A stretch of 64,000 bases of DNA from an uncultured Bacteroidota bacterium (GCA_964410965.1 CAYPIY010000014.1:10942-74941); one strand, 5' to 3'; counted from the stretch's first letter, positions 20,743-29,889 are shown. A program made the numbers and translations. The notes: generated by a model from the sequence alone, not told the origin.

Positions 20743-21041
20743 TCACGTTTCTCCGTATTCATTAAAATCCGGTTCAAAATAATATAATTTATTATTATAA
20801 TGTTATAATAAGTTATTTTCAATGATTTTTATATTGTTTTCCGATTTTGATATTCAAATTGATATTCTTAACTTCATCATCACATCAGGGCCCATTCAAT
20901 AGCGCTTTAATTGGAAACCGGTTTTATTTTCTGCAGGCATCCGTAAACAGAATCCCGATTTTTATTGAAATTCAGAAATATATTTGTTATATAAACTATC
21001 GAAAAAACATTTGTTTCTTTTTCACCTACAACGAGGAACCT

Positions 21042-22292
21042 ATGGCCATTATCAGACCCTTTCCCGGCTTACGGCCGCCAAAAGAACTTGCCTCCAAAGT
21101 CGCTTCACTGCCGTATGACGTCATCAATTCCGAAGAGGCCCGGCAGCTGGCAAAAGGCAATCCATACAGTTTTCTGCATGTTTCAAGACCTGAAATCGAT
21201 CTTGATCCGAAAATCGACATTCACAGCGAAGAGGTTTATGCCAAAGCGACGGAAAATTTCAATAACTTCATCAAAAACGGCACGCTGAAAAAAGATCCGA
21301 AACCGTACTACTATCTCTATGAGCAAACGATGGGAAAAGTCGTGCAGGTCGGACTGGTCGTAACCGCAGCCGTGGACGATTATCAGAAAGAAATCATCAA
21401 GAAGCACGAACTCACGCGCAAAGACAAGGAAGAAGACCGTACGCGTCATGTTGAAGCGACCAACGGCAACAACGAACCCGTGTTTTACACGTATCTCGCG
21501 AAACCTGAAATTGACGCCATCGTCAACCAATGGATTAAAAAAACTCCGGAATACGATTTCACCGCCGACGACGGAATCCGTCACCGGTTATGGGTCGTGG
21601 ACGATCAATCCGCCATCGATCAGTTAACGAAGTTATTCGCGCAAATCCCGACGCTGTACGTGTCAGACGGACATCACCGGAGCGCCGCGGCGAGCAATCT
21701 CTGCACGAAACTGCGGAAGCAGAATCCGAATTACACAGGGAACGAGCCGTTCAATTATTTTCTTACCGTGATCTTCCCGCACAATCATCTGTTTATCATG
21801 GATTATAACCGCATTGTGAAAGACCTGAACGGCATGTCGTCCGATGAATTCATGAAAAAAGTCGGCGAGAAATTTGAAGTAAAAAAATATGACCAGTCCG
21901 GTCCGTACAAGCCCGAAAAGAAACACACCTTCGGCATGTATCTCGATAAAACATGGTATGTCCTGACCGCGAAGTCTTCCGTCTATGATGAAAAGGATCC
22001 CATCGACAGTTTAGACGTTCAGATCATGCAGAAACATTTATTGTCGCCTATTCTCGGAATCAACGACCCGCGTACGGATAAACGGATTGATTTCGTCGGC
22101 GGTATCCGCGGTTTAGGCGAACTGGAACGCCGCGTGAATGAAACCGGATTCAAAGTCGCGTTCTCGATGTTCGCCACGTCCATTGAGGATCTGATTCGTG
22201 TGGCGGATTCAGGACAGATCATGCCGCCGAAGTCAACATGGTTCGAGCCGAAACTGCGCAGCGGACTTATTTGTCACTGGTTTAATTACTAA
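21042..22292 (+). CDS. DUF1015 domain-containing protein
   Basis: MAIIRPFPGLRPPKELASKVASLPYDVINSEEAR is the typical DUF1015 N-terminus, and SDGHHRSAAA is also present. The 20847 start in the ORF track lies in AT-rich promoter sequence. Confidence 0.85.
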   Translation: MAIIRPFPGLRPPKELASKVASLPYDVINSEEARQLAKGNPYSFLHVSRPEIDLDPKIDIHSEEVYAKATENFNNFIKNGTLKKDPKPYYYLYEQTMGKVVQVGLVVTAAVDDYQKEIIKKHELTRKDKEEDRTRHVEATNGNNEPVFYTYLAKPEIDAIVNQWIKKTPEYDFTADDGIRHRLWVVDDQSAIDQLTKLFAQIPTLYVSDGHHRSAAASNLCTKLRKQNPNYTGNEPFNYFLTVIFPHNHLFIMDYNRIVKDLNGMSSDEFMKKVGEKFEVKKYDQSGPYKPEKKHTFGMYLDKTWYVLTAKSSVYDEKDPIDSLDVQIMQKHLLSPILGINDPRTDKRIDFVGGIRGLGELERRVNETGFKVAFSMFATSIEDLIRVADSGQIMPPKSTWFEPKLRSGLICHWFNY

Positions 22293-22297
22293 TATTA

Positions 22298-22386
22298 GCC
22301 ACCAAGTCGCAAAGGCACGAAGATATATTCAATACGAAAAGCCACAACTCACTTGAAAAAACTTAGTGTCTTGGTGTCTTTGTGGC
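22298..22386. repeat. imperfect inverted repeat built from purine-rich octamer units (likely terminator or RNA hairpin)
   Basis: GCCACCAAGTCGCAAAGGCACGAAG (22298..22322) faces CTTAGTGTCTTGGTGTCTTTGTGGC (22362..22386). Confidence 0.5.
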
Positions 22387-22434
22387 AAAACAACTGATCA
22401 TTAACTAACTATTCACATAACAGCAGGTGAGATC

Positions 22435-23319
22435 ATGAAAATATTAATCTCGGACGCGTTTGACGCCGGGCTGCCCGAAAAACTCAAACAATTCGGTGAA
22501 GTCACCGACGATAAAAACCAGTTTACGGAAGCGGATATCATCCTGATCCGCAGCGCGACGAAATGCAAGAAAGATTATTTAGATCAGGCGAAGAACTGCA
22601 AGTACATTATCCGCGGCGGCGTCGGGCTGGATAACGTGGATGTGAAATACGCGGAATCGAAAGGAATCATCGTAAAAAACACCGCATCGGCCTCAGCGAT
22701 TGCCGTGGCGGAACTGGCGTTTTCCATGATGCTTGCGATCCCCAACCGGCTGATCGAAGCGCACAACAGCATGAAGGAAGGCAAATTCCTGAAGAACGAG
22801 CTCAAACGCACCGAGTTATACGGAAAAAACCTGACCGTGATCGGTACCGGAAATATCGGTATCGAAGTCGCACGCCGCGCGCACGCGTTCGGCATGAAAG
22901 TTTTCGGATATGATATCATCAAGCCCGCCGAACCGGTGATTACGATGATGCCGTCGGTCGAGGAAGCGGTGAAGAACGCCCATTATATCTCGTTGCATGT
23001 GCCGCTGACCGATACCACGAAAGGCATGATCAATAAAGACCTGATCGCGAAAATGCGGGATGGCGTTTCGATCATCAACGCTGCCCGCGGTGAAGTGATC
23101 GTCGAGGAAGATGTCGCCGAAGCGCTGAAGAGCGGCAAGATGAAAGCCTATGCGACCGATGTATGGTACAGCGACCCTCCGGCCCCGGCGTCGCCGATCC
23201 TCTCCGCGCCGAATACCATCATGGCTCCGCACATCGGCGCCTCCACGAAAGAAAATTTACTCCGCATCGGCGAAGTGGTGATCCAGCTGATCTCGGATTA
23301 CGTGAAAATGAAAAAATAA
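22435..23319 (+). CDS. serA: D-isomer-specific 2-hydroxyacid dehydrogenase, short phosphoglycerate dehydrogenase type
   Basis: It has the NAD-binding loop GTGNIGIEVARRAHAFGMKVFGYD and the catalytic region NAARGEVIVEEDV...APHIGAST. It lies immediately upstream of serC. Confidence 0.75.
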   Translation: MKILISDAFDAGLPEKLKQFGEVTDDKNQFTEADIILIRSATKCKKDYLDQAKNCKYIIRGGVGLDNVDVKYAESKGIIVKNTASASAIAVAELAFSMMLAIPNRLIEAHNSMKEGKFLKNELKRTELYGKNLTVIGTGNIGIEVARRAHAFGMKVFGYDIIKPAEPVITMMPSVEEAVKNAHYISLHVPLTDTTKGMINKDLIAKMRDGVSIINAARGEVIVEEDVAEALKSGKMKAYATDVWYSDPPAPASPILSAPNTIMAPHIGASTKENLLRIGEVVIQLISDYVKMKK

Positions 23320-23327
23320 AAAACGAT

Positions 23328-23416
23328 AAACCTTGAAGGTCTGCAGCGTTAAAGTGAAAGAAAAAATATTTACCAAATTTAACAAATAATAATCAAGCGC
23401 AAGACCTTCAAGGTTT
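23328..23416. repeat. perfect 15 bp inverted repeat with 59 nt AT-rich spacer between serA and serC
   Basis: AAACCTTGAAGGTCT (23328..23342) pairs with AGACCTTCAAGGTTT (23402..23416). Confidence 0.7.
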
Positions 23417-23444
23417 AGTAAACTAAATTAAAAGGAGAATCATC

Positions 23445-24536
23445 ATGGGTCGCATATTTAATTTTAACGCCGGACCGTCCGCGTTACCGTTGCCCGTACT
23501 TGAAAAAATGCAGGCCGAACTGCTCGACTTCAACGGTACCGGTATGTCCATCATGGAACACAGCCACCGCGGCAAGGATTTTGAGGCGGTTCTGGCGGAT
23601 TCCAAAAAGCTGATGAAAGAAGTCATGGGTATTCCGGACAATTACAAGATCATCTACTGCACCGGCGGCGCAAGCACGCAGTTCGCGCTGATTCCGATGA
23701 ATTTCCTTCACGAAGGATCGGGTGATTACGTTGAAACCGGCGAATGGGCGGAAAAAGCGATCAAGGAAGCCAAAATCCAGGGCAAGAAATTCAGCATCGC
23801 CGCTTCCACCAAGGAAGCGAACGGCCTTTACACCCGCATACCCAAACAGAGTGAACTGAAAATCGATCCGAATGCGAAATTCCTTCATATCACCACGAAC
23901 AATACGATATTCGGCACCCAGTATAAGTACCTGCCCGAAGCCGGCAAAGTTCCACTTATTCTCGACATGTCTTCCGACATCATGTCCAAGAAAATGAGTT
24001 TCAACAATGTCGGCATGATCTACGCCGGCGCGCAGAAAAATATGGGTCCTTCGGGCGTCACCGTCGTCATTTTGCGTGATGACATGATCGAAAAACTCGC
24101 TCCCGGCCTTCCCTCCATGTTCAGCTACAAGACTTACGTGGATAACGATTCTCTGTACAACACGCCCCCGACCATCGCGATTTATCTCGTAAAGCTCGTG
24201 CTGGAATGGGCCAAGAGCGTCGGCGGATTGCCGCAGATCGAGAAATGGAACGACGAAAAAGCGAACCTACTGTACGCGACGATTGACAAATATCCAGGTT
24301 TTTACAAAGGCACAACGGAAAAAGAAAGCCGCTCCTGGATGAACGTGACCTGGCGCCTTCCCAGCACGGAATTAGAGGATAAATTCGTTTCCGAAGCCAA
24401 GAAAGCCAAACTCGGCGGACTCAAGGGCCACCGCAAAGTCGGCGGCATCCGGGCTTCGCTGTACAACGCCGTGACCGTCGAAGGCGTGAAAGCTCTTTGC
24501 GGATTTATGGATGAGTTTTATTCGAAGAACAAGTGA
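23445..24536 (+). CDS. serC: 3-phosphoserine/phosphohydroxythreonine aminotransferase
   Basis: IFNFNAGPSALPLPVLEKMQAELLDFNGTGMSIMEHSHRGKDF is present, and the length is 363 aa. Confidence 0.95.
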   Translation: MGRIFNFNAGPSALPLPVLEKMQAELLDFNGTGMSIMEHSHRGKDFEAVLADSKKLMKEVMGIPDNYKIIYCTGGASTQFALIPMNFLHEGSGDYVETGEWAEKAIKEAKIQGKKFSIAASTKEANGLYTRIPKQSELKIDPNAKFLHITTNNTIFGTQYKYLPEAGKVPLILDMSSDIMSKKMSFNNVGMIYAGAQKNMGPSGVTVVILRDDMIEKLAPGLPSMFSYKTYVDNDSLYNTPPTIAIYLVKLVLEWAKSVGGLPQIEKWNDEKANLLYATIDKYPGFYKGTTEKESRSWMNVTWRLPSTELEDKFVSEAKKAKLGGLKGHRKVGGIRASLYNAVTVEGVKALCGFMDEFYSKNK

Positions 24537-24570
24537 TCCTTCGCCACCAAGGCACAAAGACAAAAAAAAA

Positions 24571-24625
24571 AATTAAGGTCAATCATAAAAACCCGCTGTG
24601 CGTCAGGCATGGCGGGTTTTGTGTT
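24571..24625 (+). repeat. 55 bp direct repeat copy 1 (contains the serC terminator hairpin 24591..24620)
   Basis: AATTAAGGTCAATCATAAAAACCCGCTGTGCGTCAGGCATGGCGGGTTTTGTGTT is identical to 29439..29493. The hairpin is ACCCGC-15 nt-GCGGGT followed by TTTT. Confidence 0.85.
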
Positions 24626-24853
24626 GTGAAACAGTCAGAGTGAAACGATCAGGGATCATTATTCTCTTGATAATCAGAGTAATTTGCAGTAAACTCATTT
24701 TACACAGATTGCGCTTTCATTCCCGGTCTGTGCCGATGTTAATGGATAAATAAGTTCTGCATATTGTATAGTCTAAAGTGTTGACCCGTTTGGTTTTTTT
24801 CGCATTAAAGCAACTAATATATTTGCTTATCTTTCAAAACAAATGGAAGTATT

Positions 24854-25348
24854 ATGCGAATGCTATATTTTGTTACTGCGTTTATGCTTTTATCGGTGAG
24901 AAGGCTTAATCTTCTAGCTCAGAATACTCGCCGGGCTGGACTCGCTGAAGCTCTGAACGCCGATGGACCGGTCAAATCCGGTGACTCCGGCATTTTTTAA
25001 TACTCAGGAATAACAGATGAAATACGTTAATACCGGAGGAAAATATTGTCTTCTTCAGACTGCAGGTATTGGGAGATATACGGCATCCAAAACGATATTC
25101 CCATCTCCGGCATTGATGAAAACGGAGTTATTGAGCATTCCTTCGAATTAAAGCAAAACCATCCCAATCCCTTCAATCCCACCACGGCCATCCGATATGA
25201 ATTGCCGGTCAATGGGAATGTCAGTTTGAAAAAATTTAACAACCCCGGCCGGGAAGTGAGAACACTGGTCTACGGTTACGTAACAGCCGGAATAAAGCAA
25301 GTGAAATGGGATGGTAAAGATAACCGGGGAGCGCTGTTGCTGAAGTGA
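24854..25348 (+). pseudogene. decayed T9SS cargo gene (signal peptide fragment plus degenerate C-terminal sorting domain)
   Basis: 24854..25000 encodes MRMLYFVTAFMLLSVRRLNLLAQ... and then stops. 25046..25348 encodes ...NHPNPFNPTTAIRYELPVNGNVSLKKFNNPGREVRTLV... but lacks the terminal G.Y.YRL strand region. No passenger domain lies between them. Confidence 0.5.
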
Positions 25349-25431
25349 TGAAAGGTTAATTTTTTGTCGGATAAGTTGAAGGGCATAAACTCATAAAGTT
25401 GATTATTGTTAATAATTTTAATAAGGAGATT

Positions 25432-28400
25432 ATGATTATGAAAAATAATATGAAGTTACTCCGGACATTCATCATATTAGTTTTGTTTCCTTTATTGCTG
25501 CAAGGAATAATTCCGAATCGGGTTATATCACAGAAAAAGAACACGTTTTTTTATATTGAAAATGTGATATCAACACAAGATGGAGATATAATTCTCCCAT
25601 ACCTTGTTTCAACAACAAAGGGATCGAAAGCAGTACCTCTGGTAAGTAAAACCCTTTCCATCGAATCGGAAAAAATGTTTGAAGGGTTTGAGTCAACCAC
25701 TTTTCCGCCTGCCGGATGGACTTCTTACAGTGTTTGTGGACCTAAAGTTTGGAACCGATCTACAAGTTCTCCCCGCAGCGGCGCCGCAGCCGGTCATATT
25801 AATTGGGAAAATCCTTATGGTGAAGACTGGCTGATCACTCCGGTTATCAATAATATTGAGGCTTCGGATAGCGTAATCTTTTTTCTTCGCGCCAACCTTT
25901 CCAATTATTCTGACTCAACAACTGTTTTCTTATCGACAACCGGAAATGACACCGGTGATTTCAGAACGGTTTTAGGGTTGTATACCGGATATCCGTATAA
26001 CACGCCCAACTACCAGAAAATATCGATTCCGCTAGGCGCTTATTCCGGACAAAATGTGTATATTGCTATCCGCCATACCAATGCAAACGGAGGCGGCATC
26101 TTCATTGATGATTTTTATGTCGGCGGACCCGATCCGAATGACATCCGGGCCCTTGATTTTGTATATCCGGCAAATAACGGAATTATCCCTCCTTCGACAG
26201 CCTTTTCACCAACCGCCCATTTTAAAAATATTGGTACGGAAACGCAGAATAATGTCTTGGTGAAATATGAAATTACAAATAACGTACCAGTTGTAGTGTA
26301 TTCAGATACAACTTATATCCCTGCAATAAACACCTATCAGACGCTATTGGTAACGTTTGCAGAGGTCACGGGAGGACTCACGACAGGAGATTACGGCATT
26401 AAAATTAAAGTTGAAACGCCGGATATGAATCCAGCCAATGATTCATTAACAGGGGCATTAAAAATTAAAAACTCTTTAATGGGAATTAAAACGATAGGCG
26501 GATTATCGCCGGATTACACTACGTTTAATGATGCAGTTGATGATTTAATTCTTAAAGGCGTAGGCACGGGCGGCGTGACCTTTCATGTCCGTGAAGGTAA
26601 TTATGGCGTTGACGCCGGCACAGAAATTGACCAGAAAATTATCATACCCCCGATCGATAATGTCTCGGCCGGCAATCCCATTATTTTTCAAAAAGATCCC
26701 GCTGCTCACAATCCGGTGAATATTGTCAGTGACAGCCTGTTTGCCGTTGCTTTATCGGGCTGTGATTATGTGACCTTTGACAGCATTAATATCGAACAAA
26801 AAACCGGCGGGCACAATCTGGGATTTGGATATTACATAACCAATGCATCGGAAACCGATGGCGCGTGGTTTAATACAATAAAAAATTTCAGCGTTCGTTT
26901 AACTGATTCCACATCCGGTAACCAGCCGACAGGCGTTCTGATCGTAAAAAGCTACTCTGCGGTTGTATCTTCGGGCGCCAACAGTTACAATAAGATTCTC
27001 AATTTCAGAATTTATGGTCAATGGGGCATTAAAGTATCCGGTACGAGCACAACCTATCCTGATATCGATAATGAGATCGGCACCGACGGCCTGGAAACCA
27101 GCCTGATTGAAGCATCCGCTGTTACTAATTATAACGCCGGCATAATGATAGGCTATCAGGAAAATATTAATATTCATGACGTGGAAATATCAGCCTATTA
27201 CAATGGCGCCGCCAGTTTATACGGCATCTATGCTCCTTTAGCCAATGTATCCGCAACCATTCACAACTGTCATATTCATAACCTGGTTCATAAGGGCGCC
27301 ACAACCGGCAATGCCCGTGCGATTACGGTTTTTGGCTCAGGTGATTACCGCATTGATAATAATCGCATTCATGATCTCTATCATTATGGAACCGGCACGA
27401 ATTATATTGTCGGCCTATCGGTCGAAGGCGGAACGAATATTACCGCTTTCAATAATATGATTTCTGATATTAAAATGCCCGGCGGGACGGCTTCAGGCGG
27501 CAGTTCCTGTAACATCCAGGGAATCAGAACCTCCGGAGGCACAAATGTAAAATTGTACAATAATACCGTGTATCTGGATGCTTTAAATATGTCGGCATCA
27601 AGGAATAGCGGTTGCCTGGTTATCACCGCGGGAGTAACTTCTTCCGATTATCGAAACAATATATTTGTAAATCTGAGTCAAAACGGGTCCGGAACTGCGG
27701 CCAGGCAAACCGCCGTTCATAAAACTTCCACTACCTACACGAATATTGCCGGTACGACTGATTACAATATTTTATATTCCGGCGCAGGCCCGTTTGCCGG
27801 AAAAAGGGCGCTGTTCTTTGATGGTACAAATACCGATTCGACCATTGCCCAGTATCAGGGGCATCTCACCAGCCGTGAATTCAATGCAGTAAGCGGCCAT
27901 GTTGAATTTGCGAATACGGCGGCGGCACCCTATGATTTGCATGTTTACGCTGGCAATACTATTCCTAATAACAATGCGATGGCGTTACCGGGTATTGTTG
28001 ATAATGATTATGACGGTCAATTACGCGATGCCTCTGTGCCCGACCGTGGCGCGGATGAATATACGCCGTCTTTGCCTCTTTCGTTTAATCTGTCTTTACC
28101 GGCAAACTTAGCAACGAATATCCCGGTTAACGGTAATCTGATATGGGAAATGTCCGCATTTGCAACGGCGTACGATGTTTATCTGGATGTTGTTGATCCA
28201 CCGGTAACCATTGTGAGCGCCGATCAAACCGATACAACATATACATATTCCGCTTTAGCATATTCGGATACTTTTTACTGGAAAGTGATTGCTAAGAATC
28301 CGGCTGGGAATACCGCCTCCAATGACGCTGCCTACAGTTTTATAACGGAAGCTGCGACCAATGATCCTCCCTCAGCCTCAAATCTGACAGAACCGGCCGA

Positions 28401-29400
28401 TGGTTACTTAATCATTGCAAGTTCTGTTTCCGCCGATTCACTGGATTTTACCTGGACAGCTTCCGTTGATCCGGAAACACAACCGGTTACTTATCATGTT
28501 GTGTTTTCAGGCAATTTAGCGGGAACTGCCCATCCGATGATCTCCCCGGCAATTACGGATACAACCGTAAAAGTTCCTTATAATGTATTATACGAATATG
28601 TTGTTGATTCTTTGGGCGTAATAACCGGCGACACAACGGATGTATTCTGGCAAGTCATATCTTCCGATGGCGTTCATGAAGTGAACAGCGCAGAAACATG
28701 GTTATTGCGCGTTCTGTATGTCAATGTCGGACCTTCCGTATTTCATCTCTTGGAGCCTGCTGATAATACGATTGTGGCCGTCGACGGGACCTATACGGAT
28801 ACACTTACTTGTATCTGGTCAGCAGCAACCGATCCGGAAAGTTCCCCGGTTACCTATACTTTCAGGGCTTCTCTGGATATATCATTTGCAGACTGTCTGG
28901 TTCTTCCCTCTGCAAACAGCGGTGCCGATTCATCTGCTGACATTCTCTATTCTGTCATTGATCAATGGCTAGCCGGCCAGGGAATTGCCGACGGCGATAC
29001 CGTGAACATATACTGGAAAGTCGTCGCGACCGACGGCGTGAATGAAGTCAATAGCGCTGAAATATTTGTATTGACCGCAATTCGTCAGATTGTATGCGGA
29101 TCAGATGAGGGCGATCGTCCGCTTTCTTATGAATTGTATGCGAATTATCCGAACCCTTTCAATCCGAATACTACGATCAAGTACGATCTGAAAGAGAATG
29201 CGAAAGTGACTCTGAAGATCTTCAATTCGATCGGCCAGGAAGTAGGGATATTAGTGAACACACAGCAATCATCAGGCAATCATTCGGTTATCTGGGACGG
29301 AAAGAACAACCAAGGCCAGAGAGTCACGTCCGGCGTGTATTTTTACAGACTGCAGGCGGGCGATTTCGTGAAGACAAGGAAGATGGTGCTGCTGAAATAA
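25432..29400 (+). CDS. large T9SS-sorted protein: choice-of-anchor-J-like N-domain, parallel beta-helix repeats, two Fn3-like internal repeats, T9SS C-terminal domain
   Basis: The RBS AAGGAG at 25423 precedes ATG 25432. It has the signal peptide MKLLRTFIILVLFPLLLQG and the motif FEGFESTTFPPAGWT. Beta-helix style repeats are present (IHNCHIHNL, RIDNNRIHDL, ITAFNNMISDI, VKLYNNTVYL, YRNNIFVN). The C-terminus is NYPNPFNPNTTIKYDL...GVYFYRLQAGDFVKTRKMVLLK. Confidence 0.85.
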   Translation: MIMKNNMKLLRTFIILVLFPLLLQGIIPNRVISQKKNTFFYIENVISTQDGDIILPYLVSTTKGSKAVPLVSKTLSIESEKMFEGFESTTFPPAGWTSYSVCGPKVWNRSTSSPRSGAAAGHINWENPYGEDWLITPVINNIEASDSVIFFLRANLSNYSDSTTVFLSTTGNDTGDFRTVLGLYTGYPYNTPNYQKISIPLGAYSGQNVYIAIRHTNANGGGIFIDDFYVGGPDPNDIRALDFVYPANNGIIPPSTAFSPTAHFKNIGTETQNNVLVKYEITNNVPVVVYSDTTYIPAINTYQTLLVTFAEVTGGLTTGDYGIKIKVETPDMNPANDSLTGALKIKNSLMGIKTIGGLSPDYTTFNDAVDDLILKGVGTGGVTFHVREGNYGVDAGTEIDQKIIIPPIDNVSAGNPIIFQKDPAAHNPVNIVSDSLFAVALSGCDYVTFDSINIEQKTGGHNLGFGYYITNASETDGAWFNTIKNFSVRLTDSTSGNQPTGVLIVKSYSAVVSSGANSYNKILNFRIYGQWGIKVSGTSTTYPDIDNEIGTDGLETSLIEASAVTNYNAGIMIGYQENINIHDVEISAYYNGAASLYGIYAPLANVSATIHNCHIHNLVHKGATTGNARAITVFGSGDYRIDNNRIHDLYHYGTGTNYIVGLSVEGGTNITAFNNMISDIKMPGGTASGGSSCNIQGIRTSGGTNVKLYNNTVYLDALNMSASRNSGCLVITAGVTSSDYRNNIFVNLSQNGSGTAARQTAVHKTSTTYTNIAGTTDYNILYSGAGPFAGKRALFFDGTNTDSTIAQYQGHLTSREFNAVSGHVEFANTAAAPYDLHVYAGNTIPNNNAMALPGIVDNDYDGQLRDASVPDRGADEYTPSLPLSFNLSLPANLATNIPVNGNLIWEMSAFATAYDVYLDVVDPPVTIVSADQTDTTYTYSALAYSDTFYWKVIAKNPAGNTASNDAAYSFITEAATNDPPSASNLTEPADGYLIIASSVSADSLDFTWTASVDPETQPVTYHVVFSGNLAGTAHPMISPAITDTTVKVPYNVLYEYVVDSLGVITGDTTDVFWQVISSDGVHEVNSAETWLLRVLYVNVGPSVFHLLEPADNTIVAVDGTYTDTLTCIWSAATDPESSPVTYTFRASLDISFADCLVLPSANSGADSSADILYSVIDQWLAGQGIADGDTVNIYWKVVATDGVNEVNSAEIFVLTAIRQIVCGSDEGDRPLSYELYANYPNPFNPNTTIKYDLKENAKVTLKIFNSIGQEVGILVNTQQSSGNHSVIWDGKNNQGQRVTSGVYFYRLQAGDFVKTRKMVLLK

Positions 29401-29438
29401 AAAATCCACCACGAAGCAGCAAAGACACAAAGAATAAA

Positions 29439-29493
29439 AATTAAGGTCAATCATAAAAACCCGCTGTGCGTCAGGCATGGCGGGTTTTGTGTT
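29439..29493 (+). repeat. 55 bp direct repeat copy 2 (contains a terminator hairpin 29459..29488, possibly bidirectional)
   Basis: It is identical to 24571..24625. It lies between the convergent genes 25432..29400 (+) and 29503..29877 (-). Confidence 0.85.
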
Positions 29494-29502
29494 TAACTTA
29501 GC

Positions 29503-29877
29503 TTAATCCTCTTTTCTCATCGTCTTCAATTTCAGTATATGAATCGTAACGGCAGAGGCGATCACAATCAGCAGGATTCTTACCCACAACTGATCCGTAA
29601 AAACAACCATTGAGCTGAGAATGGTGATCCACAGAAAAACAATCGCGGTGATTTTGGTTTTCGCCGATACGGCGCGGTACTTCATATAGTTACTGATATA
29701 ACGGCCAAACCACCGGTGATGCATCAGCCAGTGATAAAGCGGATCGGAACTTCTCAGGAAACATGCCGCGGCCAGCAGTAAAAAAGGCGTCGTGGGGAGC
29801 AAGGGCACGAAGATGCCGATGATGCCAAGAGACAGCGAGGTAATGCCGGATGCGATTAACAGATAGCGTTTGATCAT
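29503..29877 (-). CDS. DUF454 (YbaN) family inner membrane protein
   Basis: GIIGIFVPLLPTTPFLLLAAACFLRSSDPLYHWLMHHRWFG is the typical YbaN/DUF454 signature. Confidence 0.8.
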   Translation of the reverse strand: MIKRYLLIASGITSLSLGIIGIFVPLLPTTPFLLLAAACFLRSSDPLYHWLMHHRWFGRYISNYMKYRAVSAKTKITAIVFLWITILSSMVVFTDQLWVRILLIVIASAVTIHILKLKTMRKED

Positions 29878-29889
29878 CGGTTTGCAATC

